Assembly: GCA_002633005.1 (NCBI GenBank)
Contig: NMRA01000667.1
Coordinates: 118,911 to 155,535, forward strand
Length of the DNA: 36,625 nucleotides
Source: Phoronis australis
Taxonomy: Eukaryota; Animalia; Phoronida
Direction of reading: 5' to 3'
The notes under the pieces are model-generated. The model made no database searches and had not been told where the DNA came from. It saw only the letters and a list, made by a program, of their open reading frames with translations. Positions within the stretch are counted from its first letter, which is position 1. Each line of letters starts with the position of its first letter. This document shows positions 23,380 through 33,789 of the stretch, piece after piece. The position numbers and the translations under genes were made by a program.

Positions 23380-24668
23380 GACTCTGACTCTGACTCTAGG
23401 CATTGTCCACCCACTGCAGGATGTAGCCCGCCGACAATGCCCTCCAATTTGTTCTGTCTCTTGCCGCTCTCATCCACGTTTTGCCTCTCGTCTTCACGAT
23501 GTCATCTCTCCATCTGGCTTGGGGACGACCTTTTGATCTCTTTCCATATCTGGATTGCCACTCTGTGCATCTTTTTTGTCCATCTGTTGTCCTGAGCTCT
23601 GGCGACGTGTCCGCCCCACCTCCATTTCAATTTCAGAATTGTCTTGATTATGTCCATGACTCCTGTTTGTTCCCTTATCTCTGTGTGTGGAATCCTGTCT
23701 AGTAAGCATTTTTCTCTCCATTGCTCTCTGTGTTGTTCTTAGCTTGACTATTGTCTGTTTTGTTAAGGTCCATGTTTGGCATCCATAGGTGATTGTGGGT
23801 ATGATGCACTATTCAAATACTTTTCTTTTCAAGGATATGGGAATGTTCTTATCTTGGAATATTTCTCTGTTTTTTCCAAAAGAAATCCATCCAGCTCTTA
23901 TTCGGATTTGTATTTCGTTGGTCATACGGTTTCCCATTTGTATAGTTTGTCCCAGGTATTTATATTGTGTGACTCTTTCAATGATCTTGTTCTCCACCAT
24001 TACTTGTTCATTTGTTTCAAAATTTGTCATGTACTTTGTCATGTCCTTTTGTATCTTTAATCCCACATCGTTGCTTTCTTCATTCAGTATATTTAAATTT
24101 GTTTCTAATTGTATTATGTCTTCTGTGCACAACGCAACATCATCTGCAAATCTTAGGTCTGTTACATGTTCTCCGTCTATGTTTACTCCCCTTTGATTGA
24201 GGTCTGAAGATTTGAAGATTTCTTCCATTTTCAGTGTAAACAGTTTAGGTGAAATTGGGTCTCCCTGTCTAACTCCTCTCTCTATGTTGAATCTTTCAGA
24301 GACGTGGTTGTCGATGTGTATTCTGGCGGTGGCATCTGTATATATATTTTGCAGCAGTTTTACATATGTTTCATTTATGTTGATGTTTTTAGGGCTTCAA
24401 TGATGGCAAAGTGTTCAATTGAATCAAAAGCCTTTTCATAGTCTATGAAACCAACACACAGTGGCAGGTTAAATTCATTACATTTTTCAATTGTTTGTCC
24501 AAGGGCTTGCAGATGGTCTGTTGTTGAGTAGTTCTTTCTAAGCCCTGCTTGTTCTCGGGGTTGATTTTCATCCAGTTGTTTTTCCATTCTATTTTGTAAT
24601 AGCCTTGTGAACAGTTTGTATGTATGGGGTAATAAGCTTATGGGCCTACAGTTCTTTATGTCTTTATG
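23380..24668 (-). mobile_element. 5'-truncated RTE-clade non-LTR retrotransposon (decayed reverse transcriptase)
   Basis: KDIKNCRPISLLPHTYKLF, QPREQAGLRK, FIDYEKAFDS, LRFADD, YKYLGQ, KWRWGGHVAR, RPQARWRDDI; frameshifts and stops; stop at 23396-23398 followed by an (AGTCAG)n tail. Confidence 0.93.
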
Positions 24669-24816
24669 TTCACATTAGAGCAATTTCCAAGAATTACGTC
24701 TTATTAATAAGACTGTAATTAGAACGTTTGGGAAACCAACAAATGTACATTTCTTGAAAGAATAAACAGTGAGGATAGCATAATCTTGGTTCTGAGCCTA
24801 GAACAACCATACTTGT

Positions 24817-24928
24817 GTAACGATAGGACCTGCGCTAGGACCTCGCTAAAAACCAAGACTTCACGAGATTACGCGAGATAATGGCCGTGTATTTTAAACG
24901 AGAACACGTGATTTTGACTGGATTTTCT
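24817..24928. mobile_element. MITE, family C copy 2 (partial, inverted)
   Basis: Reverse-complement similarity to 21766-21920 (gctaggacct, cgagattac, gccgtgtatt, cacgtga). Confidence 0.55.
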
Positions 24929-25875
24929 GTTCAAAACTGATCTCTGGGCTCAGGAAGAATTGGCTGTTCCATCTTCAGACCAAGCTCATGTCACGTGACC
25001 TGAAATGTTATGAGAACACACGAAGAGCCAACAAGCACACAAATCACACCCATTATGGCTAAGAAATAATGAGACCAGTTTCGTAACAGTATGTAGCCTC
25101 AGTCAAAACTTGGTTTTCAGATAAAAAACAATATTTTAATGCCTCTTTAATTGTTAAAAAACATGGACGGTAGGTATCGTCTTTTTCTCACTGAGGATGT
25201 GAGTTGTATATTTGCCAAATCAGCAACGATGCCCTTCATCTTGACCTATATAACTACTGTATTTCTTAAACCTCTGTTTGCGAGATGGAGTATCTTACTT
25301 CTGAGGCTTAAAGGAATATTTTACCGACAAAAATCAACCTGTTGTAACGTGTCCAGGATCGGCGACGTTAACATTTCTGAGGCACAACGCGTCCTAGGTG
25401 AGCAATTCTCATGTGTGACTGATTCTAAAGTTAGGTCCGACGTCATTTTGGCATCGCTAGATACTAGAATGTATAATGTTTGCGAGTGTTTGTCACAGTG
25501 TACAAGTATTCCGGCAGCGAGCACTACTTCTCGGGGCAAATAGGAAAAAGTTAGCAGCCAGAAGAACTCTCGGCCAAATATGAAAAAGTTAACGGTCAGC
25601 AGGAGGGAGACTTATAAAAGAAGAAACTGAGGAAATAAACCACTTGCAGAAAAGTAGTAAGCATGTCAGGAAGTAGTTGAAGGCCTACGTACTGGGATTG
25701 ACCCGAGTAATCAGTCAAACGTCTGCAGTACGTGAACAGAGAACATTTGACAGAAGTCGACGTGACTGAGGTTGTCATAAACAAGACTTTGCACCGTTGC
25801 GGAGCTCAAACGTTGGCTGTGGTGTAAAAACACAAGAAAGAAAGGCATCAATGTTTCAACCAGCTCAGCACTTAC

Positions 25876-25942
25876 CAAATTGTAGACTGACTCAGAGTAC
25901 AGTTTCGAATGAGGCCTTTTCGTCGGAGTTCAAGTTTATATA
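25876..25942 (-). promoter_or_regulatory. Candidate TATA box + Inr + 35-nt non-coding first exon of gene 2
   Basis: Minus strand: TATATAAA at 25942-25935, TCATTC initiator with A at 25910 (TATAAA at -30), then donor TTG|GTAAGT at 25875. Confidence 0.5.
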
Positions 25943-26849
25943 GAATCGGACAATCAGCCAACATGGAACCGTATTCAAACGCCAAATTGAATTCAGAAGG
26001 CGTTTGGATCAAACATGTAGTGGCACGTCAATACGACAGGCGCCTGCTTTATTCTGATCGGAGCCATTTGCATGAAGGCGCATTGTTAATTTTTAATTTT
26101 ATCCTGCCAGCTAGTTCAGTAGTTTGCTCACGTTATTTGCCTTAAACTCTGATGCTGTGTTTACCGGCACAAACACGACAAAAGTACGATGTGACGGCCA
26201 TTTTGTTATCAAATTTGCAGCTTGAGTTACCTTCTAATTCGGCATCTGCATAAAACAACACACACGCTGCATCAATTGTTGTATTGTCAGTAGATAGCCC
26301 GTTAATGTTACACTTTGATGATCGAATAAATTTTTCATCAACAGGCAAGTTTGTCACTTATTACTGAAACCACAATATTTCTTCAGTTTTAAAGCCCCAT
26401 ACAGTGCAGTTATGCTTATTCTTTATAAACCTGAAATGATTACCGAATACTCTTGAGAATTGTCATTTTCCCGTTGACTTATAGAAATGTGCAGCGATCA
26501 AAATGAAGTATTCCGTTTGTTTGCATTTGATTTGTTTGTGTGTGTAATTATTTTTAGAGCCTTCTTAACAAGGCCTTTGAACAATTTTAAGTTTTGTGTT
26601 AACTTGTCAATAAACAAAAGTTCCACATGCAAGAAAAGTATGTTTTCAATTGCTGCTAGCTGGATAAGAATCTGTTATGCACAAGAATCGAGAATAAAAA
26701 TTATCAGTGTATTTAAAAACAAAATGACAAACTGAACAACCACATACATACAAAGAAACAACATTGTTAAAAACAATTGTAATTTTCCCAATGCAACGGA
26801 GTCCATAATCAGGCATATTAAGGGCTGAATTTCTGAATTAGGTTCAATT

Positions 26850-27794
26850 CTCTCAGGTTATTGCCGAAGGATTGTTTTCCACTTTGTCCAAAGGTAAAAT
26901 AGACGGTCAGGCGGCTGGTTTCAGTCGTTTCCTCTCACCTGTAACAGAATAGTCAGAGAAATATTAGCAAATTATAAAACAAAACACAAGACAAAACTAC
27001 TTTGTAAGGCAGAACATACTTGACGTTTTATCTTCATGTTTATATGTAGAAACTAATAATCTTTGTACCCAAGTCTTATTTAAGATCTGAATTACAATAT
27101 GTGAAAGAGGCTAAAAGTGATTTAACAAGGTGTATTTTTCATGACACCTAAATGTGCTTCTGATCTCAACAAGTAAAATTTATTCTAGGTGTCAATAATT
27201 TTTATTCCAATGCAATGTTACCACATTTACTGAATAACTTATTCATTTTAATTCGGTAACTAATCTGGTAGTCCAGGGGGTGGGGTCCGCTATAAAATAA
27301 GGAAACTCAATCATCTAGGAAATTTCATTGGACATAGCATAGTTTTGAAGAGAAACTGCTGTGAAAAAGTCATCCTTGACTTCTGAGCGTCACGTACATA
27401 CACCTCTTATGTTGGGGGCACTCCCACTCCGGAAAATATGTGAATATGTGCTGCTAGCCTACCCGGCATCCGAGTCCAGGGTAAGTTTCCGAAAAGAAAT
27501 ACCTAGTTCCACACGTGAGGTAACTGGTGGGGATAACATCACCGAACGATGTCGACAGAAACTGGTTGCTGAAAACTTACCAAGTAACGATAAAGTGTGT
27601 AGTTTCCCAATGGAAATGCAATTAAAAAAGCGCATACGGGGCTTCGGCATCCACACACTTTTTGTCAGTTGGTTGACCCTTTTGACAGCAATTCTCCACG
27701 AATGTAGTAACCTTAGGTCTCTTGGGAATTTGTGACTTGCACCAGGGAAAATAGCAATAATAAGGCTTAGCGCGACGACGTATTTTGATAACAT
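26850..27794 (-). pseudogene. Decayed two-exon THAP-domain gene (transposon relic)
   Basis: Exon 27794-27581: HKFPRDLRLLHSWRIAVKR...VWMPKP, with L-H-F in a shifted frame; donor G|GTAAGT; exon from 26938 reads GERKRLKPAA*PSILP, equivalent to the THAP AVP box. Zinc-ligand Cys residues lost; in-frame stop. Confidence 0.7.
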
Positions 27795-28057
27795 TTTCGT
27801 CTTTTTACCAGCTGTTTACATGCAGACAGCGACGCATGCGCAATTCAATCACCACTAGTAGAGTAGCGACACCGCGAGGAGAAATCTTCGAATAGCCCCA
27901 TTGAGGTCACTACACAATGTATTCACAGCTTACAACAAAGGCGTGTCCAAAGTCCGTCTTGACTTCAACGGCGGGAGATTCGAAGTGTGAAACTGCAGCG
28001 ACGGATGTCTCAGTTACACACCAGGTAGCGCTCTCCACAAACCCAGCAGGTCCCGTC

Positions 28058-28843
28058 GCAAAAGGTACCCGCTCATCCAAAACCTTTACGGCAAACAGAT
28101 GGCGCTGGATGCAATGATGCTTTACTAACAGGCAGCGGTGCTTACAGTCATGTGACATTCTTGTGTGAACTGAATCTTGTGTTGATAGAACATAAAATAC
28201 AGACGTTTCTACTTGGTGAACCATCAGCTGCCGTGTCGTGCCACGGCCAGTCCGGTCTGCTGCATGGGCTCAGTGTTGTTGGCTAACGAGACACTGAACG
28301 AAAAAGAAAATATCGCAGAGAATAAAACCTAACATGTATATCACCATGTATAATTCAAGCATAATTTAAAAAATATAGTGGTTATATTTCAACCTAATTA
28401 AAATTATGGTTGTGAAGTTGCCAAAATCTCGCCGGGCGGAAAAGTGGCCGGGCCCGGTTTAGTAGCCTCGCCATGGTCACGTTCATTGAATATATCTTTT
28501 ACCCCAGCGTTTTGGCCGAACAACCACAACAACAGCATATATTATTAACACTTTCATCTTAATTATATGTTATAAATAGTTGTTACAAATGGGGTTTTAA
28601 ACATGGAATGTCGGACACAAAGATTTCTTTTCCACACAAATTCGCCACTCATCAGGACATACACTGTCTGGTTCATGAACTCTCGTGACCTGTGGTTACA
28701 GTCAGCAGCAGCAGAATGTAGGTCAAGGTTATTGGTTAAGATTCTCTGGCAGACAGTCTTACTTGAGCGATAAAATGACACGTGATTGATGAAAAGCGCC
28801 ATCTGTTAGCCGTAAAGGTTTTGGATGAGCGGGTACCTTTTGC
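28058..28843. mobile_element. Non-autonomous DNA transposon with 49-bp TIRs, MULE-like
   Basis: GCAAAAGGTACCCGCTCATCCAAAACCTTTACGGC(A/T)AACAGATGGCGCT at 28058-28106, inverted at 28795-28843 with 1 mismatch; flanks GTCCCGTC / GTCTCCGTC look like a 9-bp TSD with one indel. Confidence 0.75.
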
Positions 28844-29006
28844 GTCTCCGTCGCTCTCCGACAGTTAGCGTCGTTCTCCGTCAAGACTACGGTCGTGTGC
28901 TACTGTAGTCACACAACACACCAAATAGCGGGAAAGAAGTTGCCGCCGTGCATCGCGGTCACGGAAGTTTGTCTCCATCTTTAGAGCAAACCCTCTCGTA
29001 TGTTAA

Positions 29007-31081
29007 GGTAGGTGGATACACGAAAAAAAATTAATTTTGACTGTTTTTTACTTATATCACCCTAATCTTCAATTCTTCTTGCACCAGTATACTGAAGAAA
29101 AATAAAACCATTCTGAAAATCCAAAGTTGTTTTTTAATTATATTTGACCCACAGGCGTCCTCAGCTTCTGATCGTCCCCAATACACTGTGTGTCTTGGGG
29201 ACGATCAGAAGCTGAGGACGCCTGTGATTTGACCAAGCTTCAGTAAGTCATGTGGCGTGAGTGCTCACCAGCTCAGTGACTGACAAGTGGGGCGGAGCTT
29301 ATACCAGGACACTAGATATAATCTAACCCTGTCAACAAACATTGCGTAACCGGGCAATCGAGAGTGCTCTACCCGCCAGCTGATATTGATGTTGTAGCAA
29401 GGCCAAAAATAAAATAATTCTATTTTTGACCATCTGAAAGTTGGTGGTGAATTGGTGAACTAGCTCCTGTTCCGAATCTGAACCTGTTTGTCCATCTGCA
29501 AAAAAATTAAGCTGAGTGCGCCAAAATCTACCGAAGCCATCACTGCACTCAGCTTGAGGAGTCAGTGCAGAAATTTATGCGTGTGCAAGAGAAGTCGGAA
29601 AGGCGAGGTGGCTTGCGAGAGGACGCTGAGCGTCGACGTGGGTGGTGTTGCACGATTCAATGAGAGTGCATGCACGCGCTGTGAAGACACGCCGCGTGCG
29701 AGACAACTACATGCGTCAGAGTTGAGTTTTTGGAGATAAACCGTGCTTCTGTGCTAGGAACGCGCCATGGAGAAACTATAGGCTGCCAAACTCAGGGGAT
29801 TTTTTAAGTTGCCGCCGGCCGTAACCCAACGAAGTAGAGAAATGACCTAGTGTTCAACATAACAAAATTTTTTTCGTGCATAGATTCAAACGTATCCCTG
29901 AATTAAAACTCATGATATTATATGATTTTAGTGGAAAGCAATATAAGAAACTTTGGTAACTTAAGAATGTCACCCAAGCGACGCTATTTGTGCGGAAAGT
30001 GCTATTTTCTCATCCCTAAGTCCATTCGGTCAAAATGTTGGCGGTACAGGCACGTGAAAATGTTGAACCATTACGATGAAAGTAGTTCTTTATCCTCGTA
30101 GCCAATATTGTCATGTAGACAGTAACGCGGCGATTTGACATAACACACATATTGGTTGATGAAGAGATGGTAACTACATATAATATTGGAATACTAACAA
30201 ATAGGTCTATGTAATACAGTTAGAGAGACTTTTACAACTCTGAGTGGAGAGTTCAGATGAGTCGTATAAACAATCAACACATGGTTTTAATGATGTGTGG
30301 TCGACACACCAGTACAGCAGACAATAGATCAACGCTAAGCTCCGCCCACGTGACAGCCATATTTGTTTTGGTCGTCTGTCGTGATCCACAAGTTCGCAAA
30401 AATGATTAAAATTGCGCTATAAAAACAAACAGGTATGTCACATTTTCTAAACATGAAGTAAATATCAGCTTTATTTCTGGTACATCAATAAAAATTGGAA
30501 CAGAATGACCGCGCATTCTGAACGAATTTTGACTTCGAGTAACAATCGAATCCCGCTTAACTTCAAAGCCGTTTTTCTCGGCTCGTGATTTCACGTTAGT
30601 GACAAGATTCTCGGGCCTATTTTTCCGCATTACGTGGGTCAATTTTTACGAAATTTGCAAATTCGAAATCCTCTAGGACCAAAGCAAAATCGCGTGTCAG
30701 GGTTTTTTGATACATAGACCAGATTTTTAGTTATTAGACGGAAAGTGACCAAATGACAGAAAGTGGCGTGCTTGCCCCAACTCACACGCAAAAAACCCAG
30801 AGAATCAAGATCATAATGATTTTGTACATATATTTGATATGTATAAGTAGAATATTGCGTAAAGAAACAGTTGATGATAATGCCTGTGCACTTTGAAAAA
30901 AAATTCGAGGTAAAATTGGATTTTTTGAAAAATAAAAAATACGTTTTTAAAAAAAAAACGAACTACAATAAAACTTTTTTTTGATTTTTGTCACTTTCAG
31001 AGTCATTTCTAACTAGTTAAAACCCCCTTTATACTTATTTTAGATAGGAACCTAGAGATTTGACCAGTGTATACACCTACC
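29007..31081 (+). mobile_element. Non-autonomous Kolobok-type DNA transposon, copy 1 (complete, 2075 bp)
   Basis: TTAA|GGTAGGTGGATACAC ... GTGTATACACCTACC|TTAA (TIR 14/15). TTAA TSD with RR..YY ends is the Kolobok signature; piggyBac has CC..GG ends. Confidence 0.85.
29150..29226. mobile_element. 77-bp hairpin MITE nested in Kolobok copy 1, 8-bp TSD
   Basis: Perfect 32-bp arms CACAGGCGTCC...CCCCAA, 13-nt spacer; ATTTGACC duplicated (29142-29149, 29227-29234); copy 2 has a single ATTTGACC and no insert. Confidence 0.92.
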
Positions 31082-31474
31082 TTAACATGTCCATGCACGT
31101 TATAAGCTCCCGTAAGTACCGTGAAAGTTAACTAGTGGCAGCATATACTGATATACTGCTATTCATTGTCATTGAAAAATACACTGGCTCACTTGTCACT
31201 TGTACTACTAACAGTAGTTAGGAGCATAAAGATACAATCAATAGTCCTAAGCACACAATCATTAACCAGTCTTCCAATACTTTTATAATGACTGACATTA
31301 TCACATTTGGCGGCCGTGCCATTCAGCGGTGCCTTTGACTACCATCGAACAGTCGTATGAAGTATTCAGTTATTTTGGAGAGTGTTTGTTGCTGTGAAAT
31401 TAGTATTATACCCACTCATTTGTAAAATCAACAAGATATAACCTCACCCTTTTGTGAGTTGGTACAGTTCTTAA

Positions 31475-32305
31475 GGTTGGTGGATACACAAAAATACTTT
31501 TGGCTGTTTTTTACTTATATCATCCTAATCTTCAATTCTTCATGAACAGTATACTGAAGAAAAATAAAACCATTCTGAAAATCCAAAGTTGTTTTTTTTA
31601 AATTATATTTGACCAAGCTTCAGTAAGTCATATGGCTTGAGTGCTCACCAGCTCAGTGACTGACAAGTGGGGCGGAGCTTACCAGGACACTAGCTCTAAT
31701 CTAACCCTGTCAACAAACGTTGCGTAAACGGGCAATCGAGCGTGCTGTACCCACCAGCTGATATTAATGTTGTAGCAAGGCCAAAAATAAAATAATTCTA
31801 TTTTGACCATGTGAAAGTTGGTGGTGAAGTGGTGAACTAGCTCCTGTTCCGAACCTGAGACTGTTTGTCCATCTTCAAAAAATTAAGTTGAGTACGCCAA
31901 GTTCTACCGAAGCCATCACTGCACTCAGCTTGAGGAGTCAGTGCAGAAATTGTGCGTGTGCAAGAGAAGTCGGATAGGCTTGGTGGCTTGTGAGAGGACG
32001 CTGAGCGTCGACGTGGGTGGTGTTGCACGATTAGATGAGAGTGCATGCACGCGTTGTGAAGACACGCCGCGTGCGAGACAACTACATGCCGTCAGAGTAG
32101 CGTTTTTGGAGATAAACCGTGCTTCTGTGCTAGGAATGCGCCATGGGGAAACTAGGCTGCCAAACTCAGGGGATTTTTTAAGTTGCCGCCGGCCGTAACC
32201 CAAAGAATTAGAGAAATGACCTAGTGTTCAACATAACAAAATTGTTTTCGTGCATGGATTCAAACGTATCGCTGAATTAAAAATCATGATATAATACGGT
32301 TTTAG
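31475..32305 (+). mobile_element. Kolobok-type element copy 2 (left part, cut at contig join)
   Basis: TTAA|GGTTGGTGGATACAC; colinear with 29007-~29932; different upstream flank; similarity stops at the single N at 32306. Confidence 0.85.
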
Positions 32306-32321
32306 NAAATGACTGTCGAGT

Positions 32322-32425
32322 CAGCCATCTGTCGAAGCCGAAATATGCTCCGACCATTTTGAGGACGGCTGCTTTGACGACAAACACATCATGAAGGTTG
32401 AAGCTGGTCTTATAAAAAGGAAAGT
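32322..32425 (+). pseudogene. THAP-domain fragment (C-terminal half)
   Basis: QPSVEAEICSDHFEDGCFDDKHIMKVEAGLIKRK contains the THAP P-x5-6-C-S-x-H-F-x4-F motif. Confidence 0.65.
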
Positions 32426-32645
32426 TACCTTGAGAATTTTGATGTCTAATAATTCATGACGCTTTCGCAGGGCCTGAACAATAACAATCTTTTTTCACAA
32501 TCACCGTAGTTCTCAAGTGTTTAAAATCTGTTGTTTTTCCGTGAAAGATTTAGTTATAAATGGATCAGTAAAACTAAAAGCCACAACAAATAAAGCTGAT
32601 CCCAAAAGATGCATGTATTTTGAAAAGAATGCAGAATATGAATAA

Positions 32646-32791
32646 AGTAAAACACGATGGTAACTCAATTCCAAGGTTTTGATTATTAAAGTAGTCTGTT
32701 TCAAAAAAAGGATTAAAATCTAGTTTTGGCATTTGCTTGAAGGTTATAAAAGAAGGCGAAAACTTGCAATTAGATATCATCGTGTTTTACT
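32646..32791. mobile_element. Small MITE with AG..CT ends and (A/T)TAA flanks, Kolobok-like
   Basis: agtaaaacacgatg.ta..caatt.caag pairs with cttgcaattagatatcatcgtgttttact; flanks ATAA / TTAA. Confidence 0.5.
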
Positions 32792-33238
32792 TTAATCATG
32801 GACAACTCTGGATTCAAAATGTTTGTTTTTACTTTTGAATTGCCGCTGTTGTGCTTTTCAGAGTATGTAAATGAAAGGAGAACACCTTCCACTTAGTGCG
32901 GAACAAAAGAGAAGCTGGTGATCTTGAAATTCGCTTAGAAATTGATGCCCCTCCAATGCCGGCTGCTGGTGCTCAAGATGTGTCCAAGGAGGATGCCGTG
33001 GCACAGATCAATTCAGACTTGGTGCTTTGTCAATGGACAGCACTGGAATTTCTTTCCGTCACATATTAAACAGTTACTACCAATGTTTTAGATCAAAGTT
33101 TTGATAGTGGTACAGATAGCAACGCCAGAGTGTTTATTGTACCAGTAGTGGAAATTGTGAAAAGCTTTTGTGTGTGGTATTTGGCTGTCCCAACTGTATA
33201 GTCAAACCCAGTGATATACTATGTTCTTATATTGAAAC

Positions 33239-33385
33239 TAGTAGCAGATTTAGAGGGTGGCCATGGCCCCCCAAAATTCTCCCAGATTCCATTTGACTGT
33301 TTGGGGGTGCAAATGTCTGACGGGAAAATCCTGGCTAATACCCTGCCCTGGCCCCCCCTAACTCAAAATCCTGGATCCGCACCTG
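33239..33385 (-). mobile_element. hAT-like MITE, family A copy 3, 5-bp TSD
   Basis: Homologous to 2200-2342; GAAAC on both flanks (33234-33238, 33386-33390). Confidence 0.8.
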
Positions 33386-33789
33386 GAAACATTTCAATAG
33401 TTCTTCAATACAATGACTATAAATATTGCGGCATAGCTTTTTTAAGTATATTTGATTTGCACTAAACTGTTGCTGTCCCATACAGTGGGTCGGTAAAGGA
33501 AGACTTTCTTANNNNNNNNNNNNNNNNNNNNNNNNNNNNNNNNNNNNNNNNNNNNCATGGAATGCCTACTTCAATTTCATGCCGCTGAGGTTGCACTGCG
33601 ATTGCATTCGTTTGTTACGATGTTTGATCTTTCTATGTAATTTGTCACTACAACTTTTTGCAACTCGTTTGAATTACATAAAACTAGTCCCCGAGTCACA
33701 AGTTTTTATAACAGAATACATAGGTCATGTGGAGGAGTTGGCATTCCAGGGCTAAGACAACTGTTGATATCTATAAATGAGTGAAACTT

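Noticed and set aside
29150-29226. Transib/ProtoRAG end (CAC...GTG, RSS-like)
   Set aside because: TSD is 8 bp rather than 5 bp and no RSS-like nonamer is evident.
29007-31081. piggyBac assignment
   Set aside because: TTAA target fits, but termini are GG..CC, not CC..GG.
29488-32203. Paired Cys-rich ORFs 29488-29739 and 31941-32198
   Set aside because: They lie within the two transposon copies, differ by frame-shifting indels and show no recognisable domain.
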